A stretch of DNA of 35,910 bases from Abditibacteriaceae bacterium (GCA_031425655.1 JANPJS010000125.1:1-35910), one strand, 5' to 3'; positions 1 through 8,883 are shown, counted from the stretch's first letter. The notes: a model not told the origin generated them from the sequence alone. Numbers and translations: made by a program.

Positions 1-80
1 CTTCGCTACGCGGACGTTGTGCGAAGATTTTCGCTGTTCAATCCAAAGAAAAATCCGCGCACAACGTCCGCGTAGCGAAG
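1..80. repeat. REP-like inverted repeat
   Basis: 23-bp perfect inverted arms CTTCGCTACGCGGACGTTGTGCG (1-23) and 58-80. May extend beyond the window. Confidence 0.75.
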
Positions 81-110
81 CTCCGTGTTCCATTCAAAGC
101 GACAGGTGCC

Positions 111-1145
111 TCAAACATCGCTCTTTCGAGGCACTTTTTGCGCTTTTCCAGTCAACGCCGATTGCTTTTCCAATAAGCAAATCGCCAGAGCAGTGCGGGC
201 GTTTTCTGCGGAGATTAAGTCCGACTCGCGGTTTTCGCGCACGCATTGCACCGCGTGCTGTAATTGCGCTGCGAAGGCTTCTTTGTGGCGCGGGCGCAGG
301 ATTTTCTTGCGACCGTTGGCGCAAATACAAATATCATCGCCGGTAAACAAGTTATTGAAACGCAGTGTCGCGCCTTCGAGATAAATATCGAAGCCATGCT
401 CGAAAGTCGTGGGCGCTTCACCGACAGCGCCACATTGCGCCGTCGCGCACACAGGCTTATCATCGAATAAATATTGCGAATTTAAATACAGTAAATCGCC
501 ATTCGCCGCCGCGTAACCGCTGGTTTGAACACGCGTCGGCACGCCCAATAAATGCAAAATGTAATCGGTGTCGTGAATGTGTAAATCGAGAGAGGGGCCG
601 CCGTCTGCACGAAAATATTTATCGGCGACTTCCGGCGCTTTTCGTCCGATGATGCGCTTCAAATGCACGCCCAAAATGGCGCCGTATTTTCCCGACACAG
701 CGATTTCGCGCGCCGCTGCAAAGGCTGGAAAAAAGCGCAAAACGTGCGCGACCATCAGCAGTCGCTTGGCTTCGCGCGCGGCATCTAACATAGCATCGGC
801 GTCCTGAAGATTCAGCGCGATGGGTTTTTCTACTAAAACGTGTTTTCCGGCGCGCAATGCGGCAATCGCGGCGTCGCGGTGCAACGATGTCGGCAGGCAA
901 ATATCCACCAGATCAATCGAGTCGTCTTGCAGCAATTCCTCAAGGTCGCGATAGCACTTTACGCGCGATAAATCCTGCCGGCCTCCGCTGTCGCCGAAGT
1001 TGCCTTGCACGCCGCGCCAATCGCCGGCGAGCTTTTTCTCGTCGCGCGTGCAAATCGCCGCGACGCGCGCGCCTTTCACGCCTTGCAACGCTTTAAAATG
1101 CGTCGCGCCCATAAAGCCGATGCCTACAATGCCGACGTTGACCAT
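111..1145 (-). CDS. Gfo/Idh/MocA family NAD(P)-dependent oxidoreductase
   Basis: VGIVGIGFMG Rossmann motif, HVLVEKPIA and DLHIHD motifs. ATG at 1145 is preceded by AAAAGGAA. Confidence 0.92.
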   Translation of the reverse strand: MVNVGIVGIGFMGATHFKALQGVKGARVAAICTRDEKKLAGDWRGVQGNFGDSGGRQDLSRVKCYRDLEELLQDDSIDLVDICLPTSLHRDAAIAALRAGKHVLVEKPIALNLQDADAMLDAAREAKRLLMVAHVLRFFPAFAAAREIAVSGKYGAILGVHLKRIIGRKAPEVADKYFRADGGPSLDLHIHDTDYILHLLGVPTRVQTSGYAAANGDLLYLNSQYLFDDKPVCATAQCGAVGEAPTTFEHGFDIYLEGATLRFNNLFTGDDICICANGRKKILRPRHKEAFAAQLQHAVQCVRENRESDLISAENARTALAICLLEKQSALTGKAQKVPRKSDV

Positions 1146-1294
1146 GATTTCCTTTTTACGAGCAAGCAAAGATGCCCGAAAGTTTAGCAGCCGCGCTTTG
1201 AACGATGTTCTTAAACGGTGTTGCCCATGCAAAAAAAGCGAATTCAGAATCCCATCCTCGCCCCTTCGAGAAGACGCGATGGTCTAAAGTCGGC

Positions 1295-2845
1295 ATGAAA
1301 TTCCACGCCTGCTTCGCACTGCTATTAACCGCCCTGCCCGTTGCCGCCGACAACTGGCCACAAGCCGCCGGGCCAAACGGCACTTGGCAAACCGAGGGCA
1401 CGCCGCCAACTGCGTGGAGCGTGACGCGCAACCAGAATATCGTCTGGAAAAGCGCTCTGCCCGAAGAAGGCCAAAGCGGTATCGCCGTGTGGAACGACCG
1501 CGTTTTTCTCACGACCATGAAGCCTCTGGCGCTGGACGCGAAAAGCAAGGAAGGCAGCGACATCGTGGGTTATTGCTTAGACGCCAAAGACGGCAAAATC
1601 CTCTGGACGGCAGATTTGCCCGGCACGGTTAAAGGGCCTTACGCTTACGGTTTCAGCAATTCGTCCACGCCTTCGCCGATCACCGACGGCAAACATGTTT
1701 GGTTTTATAACGCCAGCGGTTCACTCGGCTGCTACGATTATTCCGGCAAACAAATCTGGCTGCGCACATGGCAACCAACAGCTAACGGACGGCCCTTCAA
1801 CAAGCAATTCGAGCCGATAATGATCGGCGAAACCGTGCTTAATATGGAGCCGCGCGACGCCGACGACCCAAAACGCGAAAAAGACGCGTGGAATTATCTG
1901 CGCGCATTGGACAAAACGACGGGCAAAACGCTGTGGATTTCCGACGATGCTTTAACGCACTACAACACGCCGCGCATCGGAGTTTTGGCCGACGGCAGCT
2001 ACGCGATTTTGCAAGGTCGTGGCGGCCATCACGACGTGCCGGAAAAGCCCGAAGGCTTGAGTCTGATGAGCCTGGCACACGGACAAGCCGGAAAAACGCT
2101 GTGGCGCTACGAAACGCCCACGCACGCGCTTTACGTCATGCACTGGGACAAGAAATACGCGTATTGGCTCGGCGAACAAAACGGTGAACATCGCGTGCTG
2201 GACGCCAAAACCGGCGCGCTTTTACGCACGCAGTCGCTGACGGAAAAAGTAGATTTACGCAGCTTCGATTCCGAAACCGGCAAATACAAATTGCAAGCCG
2301 GCATCAATCTAAAAACTCAAACGCCGCCGATTAACGTGATGCCGGCGTGGTTTTCCAACATCGTAGTCGGCGATTGGCACTATTTTCTGTGCTTTACGGA
2401 CAGTGGAGCCAAGCGCGGCCCGGCTTATTGCATTGGGCGCGTAAACGTCGAAAGCGGCAAAGTGGAATATTTGGAAGTTCCTGTTCAAGTCAAGCGCGAA
2501 GCCGGACAGCCCGACAGTTTTATCTGGCACCAATCGCAGCCGGCTTCAACCGTCAATTCGCGCGGCATTGACGTGGCGGGCGACCCTCGTTCGCGGCGCG
2601 ACGGCTGGTATTGGAATTTCAACGGCACTCCGACTGCCGTCGGCGGCAAAATATTCTTTAACACGATGCTCGGCGTCACTTACGTTATTGATGGCCGCGC
2701 CCCGATTTTCGATGAAAAAGCGCTACTTTCGGTCAACGATCTCGGCCCCGGCGGGCAAACATGGAGCCTGAATTCCATCAGCTACGCCAATAATCGGCTG
2801 TATCATCGCAGCATGAAAGAAGTGGTTTGCATCGGTGGCAAGTAG
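1295..2845 (+). CDS. Secreted PQQ-like (BamB-type) beta-propeller repeat protein
   Basis: Signal peptide then ADNWPQAAGP, with repeated LDAKDGKILW / LDKTTGKTLW blades. Confidence 0.85.
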   Translation: MKFHACFALLLTALPVAADNWPQAAGPNGTWQTEGTPPTAWSVTRNQNIVWKSALPEEGQSGIAVWNDRVFLTTMKPLALDAKSKEGSDIVGYCLDAKDGKILWTADLPGTVKGPYAYGFSNSSTPSPITDGKHVWFYNASGSLGCYDYSGKQIWLRTWQPTANGRPFNKQFEPIMIGETVLNMEPRDADDPKREKDAWNYLRALDKTTGKTLWISDDALTHYNTPRIGVLADGSYAILQGRGGHHDVPEKPEGLSLMSLAHGQAGKTLWRYETPTHALYVMHWDKKYAYWLGEQNGEHRVLDAKTGALLRTQSLTEKVDLRSFDSETGKYKLQAGINLKTQTPPINVMPAWFSNIVVGDWHYFLCFTDSGAKRGPAYCIGRVNVESGKVEYLEVPVQVKREAGQPDSFIWHQSQPASTVNSRGIDVAGDPRSRRDGWYWNFNGTPTAVGGKIFFNTMLGVTYVIDGRAPIFDEKALLSVNDLGPGGQTWSLNSISYANNRLYHRSMKEVVCIGGK

Positions 2846-2851
2846 AATCGC

Positions 2852-3403
2852 TTATTCGCTCCAATGCGTTGCTATCGCTTTGCAGAATACGATCATTTCG
2901 TCGTGGCTGAAGCGGTTCTTGGCGCAGTTGGCCATGTAACAAACGAACTGCACGTTACCGCTTACATAACCCTTTTTCGGGTCAATCCGATCTAAACTGG
3001 CGCATTGTGGTCTTAATTTCCAGCGGCCACCAATATATTCGCCGGAGCTTTCGGGGATGAGCATTTTCCATCCTGTATAAGGGCAGATGCCTTGCTGCCG
3101 TCCCCATAATTCCTTGAGCAATTCAAGATTCAAAGAAAACTCAAGCCCAAACTCGACAGAACGCCTGCGAGCCGTGCGTAAAAACACTTTGAAACTTGAA
3201 TAGCCGTCTTTGCGACTGTAGCCCCGCAAATGCTCCCAAATCTTGGTGTCTTCTGGAATATTTTTTAAATTGGCCTTTCCGGCACATGACCTTGAACAAT
3301 AAATCGGTCGTCCCAGCCGATTGCTGCGGAGAACTTCGCTGCGAACTCTCTGATAGGTAGATTCACAAATTGGACACACTAATTCGATCATCGTTTGTGC
3401 CAT
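2852..3403 (-). CDS. Zinc-finger plus His-Me (HNH-like) endonuclease-family protein
   Basis: N-terminal CPIC...YCSRSC and C-terminal CPYTG...SLDRIDPKKGYVSGNVQFVCYMANCAKN. GGAGG SD 8 nt before the ATG at 3403. More AT-rich than its neighbours. Confidence 0.75.
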   Translation of the reverse strand: MAQTMIELVCPICESTYQRVRSEVLRSNRLGRPIYCSRSCAGKANLKNIPEDTKIWEHLRGYSRKDGYSSFKVFLRTARRRSVEFGLEFSLNLELLKELWGRQQGICPYTGWKMLIPESSGEYIGGRWKLRPQCASLDRIDPKKGYVSGNVQFVCYMANCAKNRFSHDEMIVFCKAIATHWSE

Positions 3404-3457
3404 AAAAAATGCCTCCGACTCCATTTTATCAAATGGAATCGGAGGCATTTTTTATGG
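3400..3457 (-). terminator. 27-bp hairpin: tmRNA terminator that also sequesters the nuclease SD and ATG
   Basis: Arms 3400-3426 and 3431-3457 with one G.U pair in the minus-strand RNA. The GC core is followed by U6. Confidence 0.8.
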
Positions 3458-3460
3458 AGT

Positions 3461-3842
3461 TGGAAGCGTTGGGAATTGAACCCAAGTCCGCGAGGTGAAC
3501 GACAACGGCATCTACAGGCTTAGTCGCGTTTTGATTTAGGTGCTCGCTCCCGACACGACAGCGGAATACGCGCACCGAGTTCGCATTTTGCTTCTACCTT
3601 GCGGTTTCGGCGTGCCGGAAAACTAAAAGGGGCGAACTAACCCGTTAATTTTCCATCCGTCTGAGTGATGTTTAACGAAGTCCGACGGACAAAACTCTGT
3701 TAAACATGGCGGCGATTAAGCAGCCAGGGCCAGCGGTTGCTGGTAAGTGTTGGCAATTGTGTTTTTGAGCTGTTTAACGAGTCTGCCCAACTCGGCCTGC
3801 CACCGTTGCATCCAAGTCCCCACGTCGAAACCTGTCGCCCCC
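3461..3842 (-). ncRNA. ssrA: tmRNA
   Basis: 5' GGGGGCGACAGGTTTCGAC. Tag ORF 3754-3716 reads ANTYQQPLALAA*. T-arm TTGGG-TTCAATT-CCCAA, acceptor 3' strand CGCTTCC-A with G3.U. Confidence 0.95.
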
Positions 3843-3889
3843 GTTAAGCAAACCTAAAACGCGAAACAGCCTGCGCCGTTCCCGCTTTT

Positions 3890-4897
3890 TCACGCGCGAT
3901 GCCCGTAATTCTTGCGGTAATACGCCTGATAATCCTCGCCGGATTTAATGGGGCGCCACCACGCTTCTTGGTTGCGATACCACATCACGGTCGTGCGAAA
4001 AGCGTCTTCGAAAGAGTGTTGCGGGCGCCAGCCCAGAGCAGAAATTTTATCGCAGCTCAGCGAATAGCGGCGGTCGTGGCCGGGCCGGTCGGCGACGTGT
4101 TTAATCAGGCTTTCGGGCTTATTCAGCAAGCCCAAAATGCCGTAAGTGATCTCGCGATTAGTGTGTTCGTTGCCGCCGCCGATATTATACGCTTCGCCCG
4201 CTTCGCCTTCTTCGGCGCATAGCAAAATGCCCCGGCAGTGGTCTTCGGCGTAGATGAAATCGCGCTGCTGCAAGCCGTCGCCGTAAAGCGGCAAGGGCAA
4301 ATCATCCATCGCGTTGGTGATAAAAAGCGGCATTAATTTTTCGGGAAACTGATACGGCCCAAAGTTATTCGATCCGCGCGTAATAACGACCGGTAAATCG
4401 TGCGACACGAAATACGAGCGCGCAATCAGTTCGCCGCCGGCTTTGGAAGCTGCATAAGGCGAACGCGGCAAAAGCGCGTCTGTTTCGACGCTGTGCCCGT
4501 GATGCACATCGCCGTAAACCTCGTCGGTGCTGACGTGCAAAAAGCGTTCGATATTCCGCCGTTTGGCTTCTTCGAGCAGAACGTAAACGCCGTAAGTGTT
4601 GGTTTGAATAAACGAACCGGCGTGTTCTGCGCCTTCGATAAGCGATCTGTCAACGTGCGTTTCCGCCGCGAAATTGAAGACCCATGAGCAGCCATCCATC
4701 GCTTCAGCAACGACTTCGGGATCGCAAATATCGCCCTGCACGAACTTCACGTCCAGACCCTCTAAGTTCTCCATGCGCCCGGCGTAAGTCAGCTTATCCA
4801 ACACCACAACACGCCAATCGGGACGCTCGCGCGCAATTAAACGCACGAAGTTGCTGCCGATAAATCCGGCGCCGCCAGTCACTAAAATCTGCTTCAT
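3890..4897 (-). CDS. rfbB: dTDP-glucose 4,6-dehydratase
   Basis: TGGAGFIGSNF, AAETHVDRS, STDEVYG, YAASK and DRPGHDRRY motifs. Confidence 0.95.
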   Translation of the reverse strand: MKQILVTGGAGFIGSNFVRLIARERPDWRVVVLDKLTYAGRMENLEGLDVKFVQGDICDPEVVAEAMDGCSWVFNFAAETHVDRSLIEGAEHAGSFIQTNTYGVYVLLEEAKRRNIERFLHVSTDEVYGDVHHGHSVETDALLPRSPYAASKAGGELIARSYFVSHDLPVVITRGSNNFGPYQFPEKLMPLFITNAMDDLPLPLYGDGLQQRDFIYAEDHCRGILLCAEEGEAGEAYNIGGGNEHTNREITYGILGLLNKPESLIKHVADRPGHDRRYSLSCDKISALGWRPQHSFEDAFRTTVMWYRNQEAWWRPIKSGEDYQAYYRKNYGHRA

Positions 4898-5724
4898 AAT
4901 TGGTTTTGCAGATAATTGACAGCGACGCGCGCATTGCCGCCGCTTTTGTCTAAGGCCGCTTGTGCAGCCGTTTCGTCAACACCGGCCAAGTTCATAACCA
5001 AGCGCCGCGCGCGATCTTCCAACTTGCCGCACAAAGGCCGCAAATCCGTCATCAAATTGCCCTCGACGCGGCCCAAACGCAGCATGACGCCGGTAGAAAT
5101 CATGTTCAGCACCAGTTTTTGCGCCGTTCCCGATTTCATGCGCGTCGAGCCGGCAATCACTTCCGGCCCGACTGCGGGCGCAATGAGCACATCGCACCAA
5201 TTCGCCATCGCCGCCTGCGGATTGACCGTCACGCCCGCCGTAAAAGCGCCGATTTCGCGCGCGAATTGCAGCGCGCCGATGACATACGGAGTGCGTCCCG
5301 ATGCTGTTAGTCCGACGACGCAATCGAGCGCTGTCAGTCCGGCTTCACGCAAAACGGCGGCGCCGTTTTCGATTACGTCTTCGGCGCCTTCCTGTGAGCG
5401 AAACATCGCTTCGCGGCCTCCGGCGATGAAGCCTTGCACCCATTCGGGCGGCGTGCCGAAAGTGGGCGGGCATTCGCTGGCATCCACCACGCCGAGGCGC
5501 CCAGACGTGCCGGCGCCGACATATAACAAGCGCCCGCCGCTTTTTATGCGCGCGGCCACAGCGTCCACGACTTGCGCCACTTCATCCAACACAAGCGCGA
5601 CCGCGACCGCCACTTTTTGGTCTTCGTCGTTGATCAGTTGCAACGCCTCGCGCGTCGGCAATCGCGACAAATCGCCGGTGCGAGGGTTGACGGCTTCGGT
5701 GGGAAGATGAGATAAATCAGACAT
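4894..5724 (-). CDS. murQ: N-acetylmuramic acid 6-phosphate etherase
   Basis: GAGTSGRLGVVDASECPPTFG and GSTRMKSGTAQKLVLNMIST motifs. Confidence 0.95.
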   Translation of the reverse strand: MSDLSHLPTEAVNPRTGDLSRLPTREALQLINDEDQKVAVAVALVLDEVAQVVDAVAARIKSGGRLLYVGAGTSGRLGVVDASECPPTFGTPPEWVQGFIAGGREAMFRSQEGAEDVIENGAAVLREAGLTALDCVVGLTASGRTPYVIGALQFAREIGAFTAGVTVNPQAAMANWCDVLIAPAVGPEVIAGSTRMKSGTAQKLVLNMISTGVMLRLGRVEGNLMTDLRPLCGKLEDRARRLVMNLAGVDETAAQAALDKSGGNARVAVNYLQNQL

Positions 5725-5730
5725 TTTGAT

Positions 5731-5847
5731 TGACGAGTGACGAGTGACGAATTACGAATTACGAATTACGAATTACGAATTACGAATTACGAATTACGAA
5801 TTACGAATTACGAGTAAAATTCGTAACTCGTCACTCGTAATTCGTCA
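5731..5847. repeat. Heptamer tandem repeat with inverted copies
   Basis: 12 forward T(T/G)ACGA(A/G) units, including 8 perfect TTACGAA (5752-5807), then 4 inverted units (5820-5847). Confidence 0.95.
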
Positions 5848-6723
5848 CTAAGCCCAGCCATCTTCGAGCATTTGCCGCAGATATTGGGCGTATTCGGTTT
5901 TGCCAAGCGCGGCGATCTGGCGCTGCACGCCTTCAGCGTCAATGTAGCCCATTTGGTAGGCGATTTCTTCAAGACAGGCGATTTTCAAGCCCTGCCGTTT
6001 TTCGATGGTCTGAATGAAGGTGCCGGCTTCGAGAAGGGAATCGTGCGTGCCGGTATCGAGCCATGCCGCGCCGCGTCCGAGTTTTTCCACGCTGAGTTGG
6101 CCCATTTCTAAATACGCGCGGTTTACGTCGGTGATTTCCAGTTCGCCGCGCGCCGACGGCTTGACCGCAGCTGCAATTTCCGTAATGCGCGCGTCGTAAA
6201 AATAAAGCCCGACGACGGCATAATGCGATTTCGGATGGGAAGGCTTTTCTTCGATGGAAATCGCCCGTCCCGTCCCGTCAAATTCCATGACACCATAACG
6301 TTCCGGGTCTTTGACCCAGTAACCGAAAACGCGGGCGCCGCGTTCAAGGCACGCAGCATTTTGCAACTGGGCGCTGAGGCCTTGTCCGTGGAAAATATTG
6401 TCGCCTAAAACCAAGCACGCCGGGCCGCCGGCCACGAACTCTTTGCCGATATGAAAAGCCTGCGCCAATCCTTCGGGACGCGGCTGTCCGGCGTATTGAA
6501 TATTGATTCCATACTGGCTTCCGTCGCCTAAAAGCCGTTGAAAAAGCGGTAAATCGTGCGGAGTTGAGATCAAAAGAATGTCGCGCAGGCCCGCAAGCAT
6601 TAAAACCGACAGAGGATAATAGATCAGCGGCTTGTCGTAAACCGGCAGCAATTGCTTGGAAACCGCCTGCGTAATCGGATATAATCGGGTGCCGCTGCCG
6701 CCTGCCAACACGATGCCTTTCAT
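5848..6723 (-). CDS. rfbA: Glucose-1-phosphate thymidylyltransferase
   Basis: [35 protein letters not shown] and [10 protein letters not shown] motifs. Confidence 0.96.
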   Translation of the reverse strand: MKGIVLAGGSGTRLYPITQAVSKQLLPVYDKPLIYYPLSVLMLAGLRDILLISTPHDLPLFQRLLGDGSQYGINIQYAGQPRPEGLAQAFHIGKEFVAGGPACLVLGDNIFHGQGLSAQLQNAACLERGARVFGYWVKDPERYGVMEFDGTGRAISIEEKPSHPKSHYAVVGLYFYDARITEIAAAVKPSARGELEITDVNRAYLEMGQLSVEKLGRGAAWLDTGTHDSLLEAGTFIQTIEKRQGLKIACLEEIAYQMGYIDAEGVQRQIAALGKTEYAQYLRQMLEDGWA

Positions 6724-6895
6724 AGATGCCTTTGAGCTTATTTCGCAATCTGCGCTCGCCATAGTGTGGCGCGTCGAAGCTTTGGTTTGCAACGCATAGG
6801 ACTTAAAGTTTTCGCTGCTTTTCGCTTGGCAATATACAAATTGGCATTGAATATGCAAATAGGCGCGGAGACGCAAAATTTAAGGAGGCACTCTC

Positions 6896-7165
6896 ATGGC
6901 CACAGATGTCGAAGCCCGCGATACCGGCAGTTCCGCAATGATCATCGCAATTGTTGCATTGGTTTTGGTAGCAATCGGCGCGTTCGCCTATTTCGGTTCA
7001 GGCGGCACTCGCGTAGTCGAAACTGCGCCCAGCACATCCTCGACCACAGTCATAACCCAACCCGCCGCGCCGGCAGCTCCCAACGTAATTGTTGACTCGC
7101 CGCCACCCGTCATTGTCAACGGCGGTTCGTCTGATAAGGCACCCGCTGCTGCCGACAAACCGTAA
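6896..7165 (+). CDS. Small single-pass membrane protein with Pro/Thr-rich tail
   Basis: Strong SD AAGGAGG and one TM helix. Paralog of the next gene. Confidence 0.8.
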   Translation: MATDVEARDTGSSAMIIAIVALVLVAIGAFAYFGSGGTRVVETAPSTSSTTVITQPAAPAAPNVIVDSPPPVIVNGGSSDKAPAAADKP

Positions 7166-7196
7166 CACGTTCGCAAACATTCTTGGAGGAATAACA

Positions 7197-7622
7197 ATGG
7201 CTTACGATCCCGAAGCCCGTCAGCAAAGTAATTCGGCCATGACCATCGGCATTGTCGCTCTGGTCTTGTTGGTTTTAGGCGCCGTCGCCTATTTCGCAAC
7301 GCAAGGCCCGCGCGACACAGTTGTGACTGCGCCTGCGTCCACGCACACCGAACGCACAATTGTCGAGACCGCACCGGCAAACCCGGCTCCGCCAGTCGTT
7401 ATTCACGACGCCGCGCCGCCGGTTATAGTGCAGGGTCAACCGCAGACAAAGGTAATCGAGCGCAACAACACGATTACCCGCGACCGCATCGTTTCCCCAC
7501 CGGTTAAGGAGGGCGACACCAACGTGACGGTCAACGTGCCTCCGGCACCAGACCGCGACACAGCCCAACCTCAAGCCGGTTCTGATGGCGGTGAAGCAGC
7601 TCCCAAGCCTGAAACCCCGTAA
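7197..7622 (+). CDS. Single-pass membrane protein with Pro-rich tail
   Basis: SD GGAGGA before the ATG at 7197. N-terminus MAYDPEARQQSNSAMTIGIVALVL resembles the previous gene. Confidence 0.8.
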   Translation: MAYDPEARQQSNSAMTIGIVALVLLVLGAVAYFATQGPRDTVVTAPASTHTERTIVETAPANPAPPVVIHDAAPPVIVQGQPQTKVIERNNTITRDRIVSPPVKEGDTNVTVNVPPAPDRDTAQPQAGSDGGEAAPKPETP

Positions 7623-7638
7623 TTTAGTTGGCGCTTAT

Positions 7639-7680
7639 ATAGAAAAAGCCGTCCGGCAACTGCCGGACGGCTTTTTCTAT
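7639..7680. terminator. Bidirectional intrinsic terminator
   Basis: AGAAAAAGCCGTCCGGCA-AC-TGCCGGACGGCTTTTTCT between convergent units. Confidence 0.85.
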
Positions 7681-7704
7681 GCCCGAATTGGGCCTTCGAC
7701 TGAG

Positions 7705-7789
7705 CGGAGGGAGAGGGATTCGAACCCCCGGAAGATTGCTCCTCAACGGTTTTCAAGACCGTCGCATTCGACCGCTCTGCCATCCCTCC
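7705..7789 (-). tRNA. tRNA-Ser(TGA)
   Basis: GGAGGGA acceptor, anticodon arm ACGGT-CTTGAAA-ACCGT, long variable arm, GGTTCGAATCC. CCA not encoded. Confidence 0.95.
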
Positions 7790-7794
7790 TGTAA

Positions 7795-7848
7795 AGTGCG
7801 GAGTTCGGAGTGTAGAGTGCGGAATATATCTCTATTCCGCACTCCGCA
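7795..7848. repeat. Degenerate heptamer repeat hairpin (GTGCGGA units)
   Basis: AGTGCGG AGTTCGG AGTGTAG AGTGCGG followed by inverted TCCGCAC units. Confidence 0.7.
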
Positions 7849-8301
7849 CTACGTTGTTCCCGTGTGTCCGAAACCGCCGCTGCCACGAGCGGTTTCATCC
7901 AATGATTCGACGATTTTGATAATGGGCCGCTCGACTTTGGCGATGACCATTTGCGCGATGCGGTCACCGTGCATTATTTCAAAGGGCTGCCTGCCCAAAT
8001 TCGTGAGAATGATCTTGACTTCGCCGCGAAAATCAGCATCAATCGTGCCGGGAGCGTTGAGAATGGTGATCTGATGCTTGGCTGCGAGGCCGGAGCGAGG
8101 CCGAATTTGCGCTTCATAACCAATCGGCAGCGACATCGAAAAGCCCGTTGACACCAACCGCGTGTCGCCCGGCGATAAAACCAATGCTTCCGCCGCGCGC
8201 ACATCCATGCCCGCCGCGCCATCGGTTTGATAAGCCGGCAATTCTACCGCTTCGTAACCCGGTTCACGCTTAAAACAAAGCTCGAAAGGCGATTCACTCA
8301 T
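7849..8301 (-). CDS. dut: dUTP diphosphatase
   Basis: [24 protein letters not shown] and [10 protein letters not shown] motifs. Confidence 0.96.
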   Translation of the reverse strand: MSESPFELCFKREPGYEAVELPAYQTDGAAGMDVRAAEALVLSPGDTRLVSTGFSMSLPIGYEAQIRPRSGLAAKHQITILNAPGTIDADFRGEVKIILTNLGRQPFEIMHGDRIAQMVIAKVERPIIKIVESLDETARGSGGFGHTGTT

Positions 8302-8860
8302 CGTCTTGACTCTTCTTTGCGCGACTTTGCTTGGTGGGCGCGGCCATTTTGTGACCGTTCAAATATCCGCTCAAACCGCCGTTAATCGCCATCAAAAGGG
8401 CATTTTCTTCTTCGCCGGAAAGCGCTTGTATCGTGCGCCCTTCAATGATTGATTTGCCAAAGCAACGGCTTTCCTGCCGTCCAAAAAGCCCGGTGATAAT
8501 GGTGCCGTTGAGATCGCCGTCCAACATCGCTAAGGAAAACGATTGATGCCCCGAAACGTCATGAAACGCATCGTAGCGCACCAGTCCGATGTGCTGTAAA
8601 CAGCCGCGCATCTCGTCGCGCAAAGTATGAATGCGCGTTTCCACGTCGTCGCAGCGATTAGAGGTTTTGCGCGATTCGTCAAGGCTATGATGAATCAGCG
8701 CTTCCAAATCTTCGCCAGTCGGCCCGGTCATCAAGCCGCGAAACGAGCGCGCTAAACGCTTGAGGCGGCCACTCAGCCCGGTGATAATGACGAATTGAAT
8801 AATCACCAGCGCGAACAACGCCAGCAACATCTCGGTTTGGTAAGCGCGCAGCACTTGCAT
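8294..8860 (-). CDS. DUF4446-like membrane-anchored protein
   Basis: N-terminal TM and coiled coil, then IGLVRYDAF...QSFSLAMLD...LSGEE. Confidence 0.75.
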   Translation of the reverse strand: MQVLRAYQTEMLLALFALVIIQFVIITGLSGRLKRLARSFRGLMTGPTGEDLEALIHHSLDESRKTSNRCDDVETRIHTLRDEMRGCLQHIGLVRYDAFHDVSGHQSFSLAMLDGDLNGTIITGLFGRQESRCFGKSIIEGRTIQALSGEEENALLMAINGGLSGYLNGHKMAAPTKQSRAKKSQDDE

Positions 8861-8883
8861 GACAACTCGTGGCTCGTCGCAAG

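Noticed and set aside
3404..3448. Extended N-terminus MPPIPFDK of the nuclease ORF
   Set aside because: It is read from the hairpin and has no SD. The ATG at 3403 has GGAGG.
2846..3460. Integrase-type island at ssrA
   Set aside because: No integrase and no duplicated att or ssrA 3' fragment on the far side.
2852..3490. Group I intron in the tmRNA T-loop carrying the nuclease
   Set aside because: The T-arm and acceptor are contiguous, and no second exon or ribozyme core follows the ORF.
4916..5710. 264-aa plus-strand ORF
   Set aside because: Antisense shadow of murQ.
5731..5847. CRISPR array
   Set aside because: The units are contiguous 7-mers with no spacers, and there are no cas genes.
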